The notes beneath the pieces were generated by a model. It was given only the letters and a program-made list of their open reading frames with translations, was not told the DNA's origin and made no database searches. The position numbers were made by a program, and so were the translations under genes. Below, piece by piece: positions 1 through 8,700 of a stretch of 64,000 nt of DNA (positions within the stretch are counted from its first letter, which is position 1; every line of letters starts with the position of its first letter). Origin of the DNA: a virus. The DNA is taken from IMG/VR virus record IMGVR_UViG_3300022842_000007, positions 1 to 64,000 of that record; one strand, given 5' to 3'.

Positions 1-1
1 G

Positions 2-103
2 GCCAAGTTTGCCGAAGCAGTCAATCGCAAGCCAAGACATTGGACGTACAAAGATTATCCTAACTTAGCACGATACGAGATATTTAAAAAAGGAGTTCGT
101 TAA
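2..103 (+). CDS. C-terminal fragment of a gene truncated by the window start, possibly a DegT/DnrJ-type aminotransferase
   Basis: Frame 2 reads AKFAEAVNRKPRHWTYKDYPNLARYEIFKKGVR*. The W-x-Y-x-D-Y-P-x-L ending resembles phage DegT-like proteins, and the gene precedes a sugar-modification cluster. Confidence 0.4.
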   Translation, partial: AKFAEAVNRKPRHWTYKDYPNLARYEIFKKGVR

Positions 104-304
104 TATTAACGATGATGATATAGATTCGTTCTTCAGGGAGTATGAAGGAAGTGAGGCATTTAAAGAGGGAATGGTTAATGCTGGGAATTTTATAGCAGAT
201 GCTCTTTATGGGGATGAGGTTTCTCTCCAGTCCATTAGGTTGCGTCAAGGACTAACTCAAAAGGATTACGAAAAAAAACTTGAGATATTTAAAAAAGGAG
301 TTCG
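77..304 (+). repeat. 23-bp exact direct repeat GAGATATTTAAAAAAGGAGTTCG at 77-99 and 282-304
   Basis: Read directly; the repeat contains an AAGGAG Shine-Dalgarno and encodes EIFKKGVR in both copies. Confidence 0.9.
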
Positions 305-311
305 ACAATGA
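105..311 (+). pseudogene. Short ORF resembling a truncated XRE/HTH antitoxin-like N-terminal fragment
   Basis: Open frame INDDDIDSFFREYEGSEAFKEGMVNAGNFIADALYGDEVSLQSIRLRQGLTQKDYEKKLEIFKKGVRQ* (ATT at 105 or ATG at 171). SLQSIRLRQGLTQKD matches the start of an XRE HTH, but the recognition helix is missing. Confidence 0.4.
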
Positions 312-508
312 GGGAACTTGATAAGGATTTCATGCCAGCATATGACGTTAACAGGAGCGATGGACGTGTTAAACTTAACCTAATGAAAGCGGTTAACCTG
401 CCAGCGTTCCGTCAATCTTTCCGAGAACTACAGGATATTAATATACAACTGTTCGGAGAAGTTGAGGCTCGAATGAAAGAGATTCGAAAAGAACTAAACA
501 GAAAATGA
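308..508 (+). CDS. Small hypothetical protein, paralog A
   Basis: SD inside the upstream repeat; shares FMPAYD(V/L)NxxDGxxKLNLxKAxxLPA(F/W)R with the next ORF. Confidence 0.7.
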   Translation: MRELDKDFMPAYDVNRSDGRVKLNLMKAVNLPAFRQSFRELQDINIQLFGEVEARMKEIRKELNRK

Positions 509-669
509 AGAAAAAAAAGGAAAGGGAATTTATGCCAGCCTACGATCTAAACGATGATGACGGGTCTGCTAAACTGAATTTAAGGAAGGCAGCCCAACTT
601 CCTGCATGGCGAAAAACCTTCAAAATAATGTTCGATAACAAAGATAGAATAATGGGTAAACAGAAGTAA
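505..669 (+). CDS. Small hypothetical protein, paralog B (54 aa, not in ORF track)
   Basis: MKKKKEREFMPAYDLNDDDGSAKLNLRKAAQLPAWRKTFKIMFDNKDRIMGKQK*, with ATGA and TAATG overlaps on both sides. Confidence 0.75.
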   Translation: MKKKKEREFMPAYDLNDDDGSAKLNLRKAAQLPAWRKTFKIMFDNKDRIMGKQK

Positions 670-2456
670 TGGCTACAACGACTGAAAGAGGTCATATCGG
701 TAAAGCCTGGCAAAACGAACATAAGTTTTTACCATACCACAGACCTGAGATGACTACTCATCAGAAATCATTGTATGACCTCGCTGGTTACAGTGATATG
801 CAAGGCGCACTTAAATTTAATGCAGAAGTTTATGATGATCCAATCATGCCATCATGGGCGAAAGATATTGGCCGTATGTTTGGTTTATATCAACAAGAGT
901 TTGTGTTCTTAAAAATATGCGCATTAGACATCGCCCCTCCACACAAGCCTAGTATTGTCGAGTATTGCAAAAATCAAGGCGCAGATCCAGATGATGTTTA
1001 CTTTACTGCCGTGATGCTGGAAGATTGGAAATCAGGACAATATTTAGAAATAGATAATATAGGATATACAAACTGGAAACAAGGTGATTGGTACAAGTTC
1101 CAATCAGAAATAGATTTCGCATATGGGAATGTTGGTAGACAGAACATGTACATGTTGTTTGCAGTTGGCAAAGATTCTTTTGTAGGACAATTAGAACACT
1201 TGTTTCCATTCAATGTACCAAACGTTTGGGACAGTCCCGAATCCACTCACCCAATCGTTCAGTTGTCAATTCTTCCATTGATTAATCCAACCAATGACAA
1301 CCAAACAATGAACATGGTGTATATGCACAACGGTGAGATTGCATCTTTAAAAGATTACACACATGATGATAAAGGCAGAGACAAGATTAATCAATGGGGA
1401 TTGACTATTTGGTTATTTGAACCTATGTGTGGTTATCTTGAGAATGAAGAGTTTACTCAAGGGTTCTACAGTGAGTTTTCTACACCGTATGATTATAAAC
1501 GCATGCGGTCTAAAGAATTAGATTCTATTATTGAGTACCAACAACGCAATGAAATCTGGCCACAGATGATTACTGTGCGCACAGGAGAATACAATGTTAA
1601 AACACATTACTCTCACTACTCACAGCAACTAAAACTTGTATGTGATGATCTGTATATCTCTACACAAAATAATATAATAGGACTGTCTAAAGAATTAACA
1701 CCAGAGTATTTAAATCATAAATTTGAGAAATATTTTATCTCTATGAATTGGAGATTTACAAAGCATCGCCAATTGATATCTAACTTCTTAGCAGGTGAAG
1801 AAGGCTATCTAAGTTGGTATTTTAAAGATTCGTTCGAGCAATTGATTAACGGTTGTTATTTTAATTTGAGAGATTGGCAACATTCTAGTCCAGACCTGTA
1901 CCAGACATTAATAGCAAACAATACGACACTGCAACACAATGCACCGTATGTCATAGATAAGCCGTCACAAAGAGCAGAAGACCCAGACACCAACATTTGG
2001 CCAATCGTCGAAGAATACAAGTCAGGTCAAACACCTTCGCTGTATAATACAAAAGAGACTACATTAGTAACCTATTATAAAAACATCTTCGTTGACATAG
2101 TAACAGAAACTAGGTTCGCTCAACCGAGTGCTAATTTCAGTGAGAAATTGTTACAACCAATTCAGTACATGAAACCGTTTATATTATTAGCGCCACCCCA
2201 CACACTAGAATACTTAAAGACTTTTGGTTATCAAACATTCGGTGACTTCTGGGACGAATCATATGATGACATAGAAGATCATGGAGAAAGACTACAGGCT
2301 ATCATGCGTTTAATACAAGAAGGTATTTTATGCAAACCAATCATTGAATTGCATGCGCTGTATCAACAAATGATGCCTATAATAGAACATAACCAGAAAA
2401 CATTCCTGTCAATGATAAATTCACCTAACTATAATACTACGGAGTTTCACGACTAA
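669..2456 (+). CDS. Degenerate cupin/2OG-like N-terminal domain fused to a glycosyltransferase-like C-terminal domain
   Basis: N-terminal LEDWKSGQYLEI...NWKQGDW; C-terminal IVTET...SEKLLQPIQYMKPFI...LKTFGYQTFGDFWDESYD, a GT-B-like tail common in large phages. Confidence 0.55.
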   Translation: MATTTERGHIGKAWQNEHKFLPYHRPEMTTHQKSLYDLAGYSDMQGALKFNAEVYDDPIMPSWAKDIGRMFGLYQQEFVFLKICALDIAPPHKPSIVEYCKNQGADPDDVYFTAVMLEDWKSGQYLEIDNIGYTNWKQGDWYKFQSEIDFAYGNVGRQNMYMLFAVGKDSFVGQLEHLFPFNVPNVWDSPESTHPIVQLSILPLINPTNDNQTMNMVYMHNGEIASLKDYTHDDKGRDKINQWGLTIWLFEPMCGYLENEEFTQGFYSEFSTPYDYKRMRSKELDSIIEYQQRNEIWPQMITVRTGEYNVKTHYSHYSQQLKLVCDDLYISTQNNIIGLSKELTPEYLNHKFEKYFISMNWRFTKHRQLISNFLAGEEGYLSWYFKDSFEQLINGCYFNLRDWQHSSPDLYQTLIANNTTLQHNAPYVIDKPSQRAEDPDTNIWPIVEEYKSGQTPSLYNTKETTLVTYYKNIFVDIVTETRFAQPSANFSEKLLQPIQYMKPFILLAPPHTLEYLKTFGYQTFGDFWDESYDDIEDHGERLQAIMRLIQEGILCKPIIELHALYQQMMPIIEHNQKTFLSMINSPNYNTTEFHD

Positions 2457-3337
2457 TGCAGTCTACATTTTTACATGATGAATTTCTAACAGTTCATGGA
2501 CACGGAGCTGATTGGACAATTGATATTAAATCTAAGCATAGAGAAGCAGGCTCATATTTTGAAGAATCAATCCGTACCGCACAAATAATTTATGAAGAAT
2601 CTAATAACGATATTCATTTAATGTTCGGTGGAGGCAAGGACGCTGAGTATATGGTCAACGTTTTTGATAAAGCAAATATAGACTTTACTGTTGCTATTAT
2701 CAGTTACGGCAAAGACTTTAAGTGGAACGGACATGATACAAAGTATGCGTTAGATTGGTGTAGTAAACATAATAAAACTCCGATCATAATTGACTTAGAC
2801 TTAGTAGACTTTGTTAGAAGCGGTAGAATGCTTGAAATAGCAGAAGAAGCTAAGTGTTGCGAATATAGATTAACTACTACAATGGAAGGTGCAAGTAAAG
2901 TAGATGGTACAGTTGTAATGAATGTTGAGCCACAAATTTGTAAGATGCCAGACGGTACATGGGTTTTGGAAGAATATGAAAGAATCCGCAGTTATTGCAA
3001 CTGGTGGGAGTCTCGTAACATAAAAGGTACATCAGACTTTGGATCATACACTGGCGAACAAGTACTTGCATTCTTACAAGAACCAATCATTAAACGTCTC
3101 GTAAATAACGAACTAGGGTATGAATCGTCTATACCTGTTAAACAGTTATTATATAATCAAAATTCTTGGAATCAAACAAACCGATTTAAGTATACAGGTT
3201 GGGAACGATTTGAAAGAACTGATCTTTTTGAAAGTTTAGAGGTAAGATCAATGATGTCTGGTTTAAAAGAAAAATACAATGGAAGTTTCTATTTAAACTA
3301 TGATGAAACGATTAGGCAATTGAGAGGAATAGAATGA
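2456..3337 (+). CDS. Hypothetical protein with PP-loop-like motif
   Basis: LMFGGGKDAE resembles the SGGxDS PP-loop; translationally coupled. Confidence 0.5.
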   Translation: MQSTFLHDEFLTVHGHGADWTIDIKSKHREAGSYFEESIRTAQIIYEESNNDIHLMFGGGKDAEYMVNVFDKANIDFTVAIISYGKDFKWNGHDTKYALDWCSKHNKTPIIIDLDLVDFVRSGRMLEIAEEAKCCEYRLTTTMEGASKVDGTVVMNVEPQICKMPDGTWVLEEYERIRSYCNWWESRNIKGTSDFGSYTGEQVLAFLQEPIIKRLVNNELGYESSIPVKQLLYNQNSWNQTNRFKYTGWERFERTDLFESLEVRSMMSGLKEKYNGSFYLNYDETIRQLRGIE

Positions 3338-4092
3338 ATAAAGAAAATATATTATTAATTGCAGGGTGCAGTCACGCGGCTGGTTCTGAGATTGACGGCA
3401 GAGAAGATTCAGCATATAATAGACAACATTCGTTCGGTGGGTTGGTAGCAAAGAAGCTACAGAGAAGGCCTATCAATATTGCACAAGCAGGGGCAACAAA
3501 CACTGGTATCAGTAGACAAATACTGCAATGGTTTCATGACGAGCATAATCCAGAGACGATGAATGTAAAGGTATTAGTATGTTGGAGCGAATCTACTAGA
3601 ATGGAAATTCCATGTGAACGTCCGCGTAATTATCACGACTCCGTAACTCACTCAAATTGGTTTGATGCAAGTGCAGAAGATTATTATAGAGTTATCATCG
3701 GTTGGGATGGTGGTGATGCAGAAGAACTAAAAAACACTCCATTGTTACATAGATTTATGGTAAATCACCAACCATACTTAGAATGCCTATCATATAATCT
3801 TATTCTGCAAATACAATATTTCTTACAAGCAAACAAAATCGATTATTTAATGTGTCAGTCTATGCCTTTCTTCTTGGACGATATACCAGCAATTAAGAAA
3901 CTTATTCCATTAATCGATACTAATAAATACTATAACCTGAACAAGAAAAATGAAGCCTTTTTCCATAAATACAAAGAACTTGGTTACGTCAATCCAAAGG
4001 CAAAGTATTGGCATCATGGTGAAGAACCACATCGTTTATATGCTGATGAATTATTAAAATTCAACGAGGAAACTAAATGTTTAACAAAATAA
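3334..4092 (+). CDS. SGNH/GDSL-like hydrolase family protein
   Basis: IAGCSH block I, NIAQAGATN block II, C-terminal WHHGEEPH. Confidence 0.6.
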   Translation: MNKENILLIAGCSHAAGSEIDGREDSAYNRQHSFGGLVAKKLQRRPINIAQAGATNTGISRQILQWFHDEHNPETMNVKVLVCWSESTRMEIPCERPRNYHDSVTHSNWFDASAEDYYRVIIGWDGGDAEELKNTPLLHRFMVNHQPYLECLSYNLILQIQYFLQANKIDYLMCQSMPFFLDDIPAIKKLIPLIDTNKYYNLNKKNEAFFHKYKELGYVNPKAKYWHHGEEPHRLYADELLKFNEETKCLTK

Positions 4093-4226
4093 TCGACAAA
4101 ATCAAAAAGGTTTCCAAAGCAATCTGGGGCTTTATTAAATTACCATATATTAAATGGAAGCGTGAAAAAGAATATCAAAAGCGGTTGGCCGAACTTAAAA
4201 AAAGAGACCCGTTTATATACCGGTGA
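4077..4226 (+). CDS. Small basic hypothetical protein (49 aa, not in ORF track)
   Basis: GAGG SD; MFNKIIDKIKK...KRLAELKKRDPFIYR* fills the gap exactly. Confidence 0.7.
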   Translation: MFNKIIDKIKKVSKAIWGFIKLPYIKWKREKEYQKRLAELKKRDPFIYR

Positions 4227-4235
4227 GTGAACACT

Positions 4236-5747
4236 ATGATACATGTAGGAGTAAGTTGTGGATTCCATGATGCTGGTATGGCAGTCATTGATGGTGGTGG
4301 TGAGATATTATACGCAGGTCACTCTGAAAGGTATAGCAAGAAAAAACACGATAAGGATTTACATCCTGACATGGTGACAGATGCAATGAAATACGTATCT
4401 AACACTGATCCAATTCAATTATACTACTACGAAAGACCATTGGTGAAAATGATCAGAGAATTTATGTCTGGTCAATGGTCTAGAGGCTTGCGATCACCTT
4501 TATCATCACGCACGATTATAGGCAAAGAATTTATTAATGCTTTCTTACCTAGCACTCAATTAACAAAAAGAATAAAGAACAAGCCACATCACAAATGTCA
4601 TGCGGCCGCAGGCTTTCAAACATCACCTTTTAACGAAGCAACTGTCGTAGTGATCGATGCTATCGGCGAAGTTGACTGCGCGACTATCTGGCATGCCCAC
4701 TATAATAAAAAAGGTCATGCAAAGTACAAACGTTTATGGTCAATGAGATATCCTAATTCAATAGGTCTATTCTACAGTGCAATGACACATAGAATAGGAT
4801 TGCGCCCACTGGACGAAGAATACATTCTAATGGGAATGGCCGCATACGGACAACCCAAACATACAGCCGAAATTGAAGAATACTTTGGCGCAAACAATGA
4901 TAGATTGTTATTTACACGCAATGCACATGCCGGCGTAGACGAAACCTTCTTAGAAGGTGCTAATGAATTTGACATAGCCGCATCAACTCAAAGCTATGTA
5001 GAAAAATTAATTAAACTCGTAATGAACAAGGCACGAATTAAAGGTAAGAGTACGAATTTAGTCTATGGTGGAGGTTGTGCGTTAAACTGTTCCGCTAATC
5101 GGTTATTAGGCAGATACTTTAAAGACATTTGGATCATGCCTAATCCAGGAGATGCAGGTAATGCATTAGGTGCCGCGGCTTTGGGTTATGGCAAACGAGT
5201 AAATTGGAAGCATGCGTTCTTGGGTACTAACATTCCTGGCGCGTATCCTATTAAAGAGACTATCAACGCACTGAAGACAGATATGATTGTAGGCGTTGCC
5301 AGTGGTCGTGCGGAGTTCGGTCCTAGAGCATTAGGCACACGTAGTCTACTTGCAGATCCTCGAGGCTCAGAGATTAAAGATAAAGTGAACAAGATTAAAA
5401 AGAGACAAGAGTTCCGACCCTTTGCTCCAATGATACTAGAAGAACATGTACATAAATACTTTGTCATGCCTACCAATTGGGACTCTTCACCGTATATGCA
5501 AGTAACAGCGACTTGTAGATTTCCTGAAAAATTTCCTGCTATTGTACATGCAGACGGAACAAGCAGAGTTCAAACCATCTCCGATGATGGCACTGGAATA
5601 CGCAGGTTGTTGAAAGCCTGGCACAAAGAAACAGGTTGTCCTATTTTGCTTAATACCTCTCTAAACATTCGTGGAGAGCCAATGGTTAACGATAGGGAAG
5701 ACGCAGATCGTTTCGAGAAACTTTATAAGACCAAAGTCATCTCATAA
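4236..5747 (+). CDS. Carbamoyltransferase, NodU/CmcH family
   Basis: FHDA, SERYSKKKHD, HHKCHAA, DAIGE, GGGCALNC, EFGPRALG, RQEFRPFAP, HADGTSRVQT, LLNTSLN. Confidence 0.93.
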   Translation: MIHVGVSCGFHDAGMAVIDGGGEILYAGHSERYSKKKHDKDLHPDMVTDAMKYVSNTDPIQLYYYERPLVKMIREFMSGQWSRGLRSPLSSRTIIGKEFINAFLPSTQLTKRIKNKPHHKCHAAAGFQTSPFNEATVVVIDAIGEVDCATIWHAHYNKKGHAKYKRLWSMRYPNSIGLFYSAMTHRIGLRPLDEEYILMGMAAYGQPKHTAEIEEYFGANNDRLLFTRNAHAGVDETFLEGANEFDIAASTQSYVEKLIKLVMNKARIKGKSTNLVYGGGCALNCSANRLLGRYFKDIWIMPNPGDAGNALGAAALGYGKRVNWKHAFLGTNIPGAYPIKETINALKTDMIVGVASGRAEFGPRALGTRSLLADPRGSEIKDKVNKIKKRQEFRPFAPMILEEHVHKYFVMPTNWDSSPYMQVTATCRFPEKFPAIVHADGTSRVQTISDDGTGIRRLLKAWHKETGCPILLNTSLNIRGEPMVNDREDADRFEKLYKTKVIS

Positions 5748-5755
5748 GTAGTAGT

Positions 5756-8700
5756 ATGCTTAGAGACGTATTTTATTTCGGTGAAAAACCAAATGTTCAT
5801 CCTAGAGAACAACATGTAAAAGATATTGATGTAGCCCGTCAATTATCGACTACCTTACATTTTTGGATAATAGATGAGTTCTGTGAATACGCAAATTTTG
5901 ATTGGGAATTCGATTTTGATTTCTTACCTGACGAAGATGTTTGGGCTGAAGAACATAATAACATCTGGCCAAGCAAACATCAAAAAGATTCTGGTACATG
6001 GCTGTGTCCAAAAGAAGAGAGTCAAATACGAGTCTATCGGGCTGACGTTAATCCAATCAATCGTAAACGAGAACCCAATGCATATTGGAAGTTTTTAGAT
6101 ACAGTAGATAAAAAGTCAATTGATTTTTCATGGCATCCAGATCCAACTGATCCACCTTACATCTATAAGTGGGGTAGTAAATTTGCTCCGGTTGAACTTG
6201 CCACGGTATTAGAATACCATACCCCTGGCAACAACGGTGTTGTCAAGAACTTAAACACAACTATATCATTATTACCTAACAATGATTGCATAACAGTGCA
6301 TCAACCTATTAACACCGATCGATGGGATATGTCTTGGCGCCCAGATCCAATGGATGAACCATACATATACGTTTGGGGCAATAAATGGATATCTGGTGAA
6401 CTAGAACCTACGCTTACATATACTGTAGAAGGCGCAACTGAACACAAATACATGGCGAATGCAATTCCTGTACTACCGCAAGATGATCGTTGGGAAATAC
6501 TCACCGCTATCGACGAAGAAACATTTGATTTTAGTTGGAGACCTGATCCAAGAGAGCCTGCATTTATATATGTGTTTGGAAATCATCTATACGAAGGCTC
6601 GATAATGCCTACCTTAAGATACACAATGCCTGATGCTACTGAAATTAAGTATGTATATGATATCAAACCCACATTAGCACAAAAGCCAGAATTGTTTGAA
6701 CATTTAGAAGACATTGATCAAACGTTATTTGACTATTCATGGAGACCTAATCCAACCGCACCTGCATATATGTATGCATGGGGCAATCAATGGAATGAAG
6801 CACAAGATAAAGTTAGTGTGCAGTTTGTAGTAGAAGATGCAACTGAATATCAATACATGGAAGAAAAGACAACTCGCAAAGCATGTAAAGATAACTGGAT
6901 TGTACCTACTAACTTAGACACCCGTGCATTTGATTTTAGTTGGGAGCCTAGCCCTAACGAACCAGCAATGATACATGAATTCGGTACTCAGTGGCAAAAG
7001 ACAGGTGGTCCTCAATATCATGTTGAAGGGGCAGTTGAAATAAAATATGAAAATGCATCTAAGGCTAACATATTACCTTCAGATAAGAGTAACTGGACAG
7101 TACCAAGTAACATAGACGCAGATACGTTTGACTTTAGTTGGCATCCAGATGCAACAAGCCCTCCCTATGTCTATCATTTCCCAACGCAATGGGCATTAAG
7201 TGGTGGTCCTCAATATCATGTTGATGGTGCGGATGAAACAAAGTATGTAGAAGATCAAGTGGCAAAGGCAAAAGCAAACAAAGAATATTGGGAATTTGAT
7301 TCTACTATCCTCGACGAGGGTGATTTTGATTACTCTTGGCATCCCTATGCGGAAGATGAACCATTCATCTATCAGTTTGGTACACAACACCAGAAAACAG
7401 GTGGCCACAAATACATGACGCCAGGTACACATGAAGGCAGTGCAGTCAAATACATTGATCCTCGTATTGCAAAATCAAAAAGATTACCTGATCCTAACAA
7501 CAGATACTGGGGTACTTTAGGTAATTATAAAATTAAAGACTTTGATTATTCATGGCACCATGATGAAACAGACGAAGCATTTGTTTATCACTTTGGTAAC
7601 AAATATTATTCAGCACAAGAAATGCCGACGGTCGAGTACAGAGTTCCTAATGCAGTTCAAATTAAGTATATCAATTCTATTGTGGCAGAACTACAACCTG
7701 TTAAAGAAGGCTGGACAATCCCTGCTGACATAGATGATTCAGAGTTTGACTATAGTTGGAGACCTTCTCCGTTAGAAGATCAAGCATACGTTTATCAGTT
7801 CGGTACTCAGTGGCAGAAAACAGATGGTCCTAGTTATAAAGTCGAAGGTGCAACTGACATTAAGTATGTCGAGGGCAATACTGCTAAGAAAAAACCTGAT
7901 CAATTGAAGTGGGATATCCCAATTGGCATTGACGTTGATGATTTTGATTTCTCGTGGCACCCAGACAGTACAGAGACATCTCCATTCATCTACCAGTTCG
8001 GCACTCAGTGGGCACTAACAGGCGGTCCTAGCTACATTGTCAAAGACGCCACTGAAGTTAAGTATGTTGAAGAACCTATTGCTAAAACATTAGTAAACAT
8101 GGAGAACTGGGAAGTCCCGACCGACGTAGATAGTTTCGACTTCTCTTGGCATCCTTATACACAAGACGATCCGTTCATCTATCAATTTGGTACACAACAT
8201 CAAAAGACTGATGGTCCTAGATACATCGTACCGGGCGCAACACAAGTCAAGTATGTTGACACTAGAATTATTAAAGCACGTAAACTAGCAAACAGTAAAA
8301 GAATGCATTGGGTTATACCCGATGATTGTGATGTCGATACGTTTGATTTCTCGTGGCATCCAGACAGTACAGCAAGCCCTGCAATCTATCAATTTGGTAG
8401 TGTAACAGGTAAAGATGATGGTCCGAAGTATATTACACCAGGCAACTCAGGTGAAGTTTTGTATTTGCAAAATATTAAATCTGATGGTGTTATGCCGGCA
8501 GAACTAGAAGTATACTTCATCAAGACTACACTCGAAGATTTGATAGCAGAACATAAAGGCGAAGTCTTCTGGGCAATCAACATAGACCTAGTGTACACTG
8601 ACTTTGATTTCTCATGGCGTCCTGATGTCTATCAGTCAAATTACATTCATGCATTCGGTTCTAAAGATAACATAGATACACAAACCTATTTTGTTAATGC

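Noticed and set aside
77-304. Possible CRISPR array
   Set aside because: Only two repeat copies, a 182-bp spacer and no cas operon. The PD-(D/E)xK nuclease at 53876 lacks the Cas4 Fe-S cysteines and is a common phage exonuclease.
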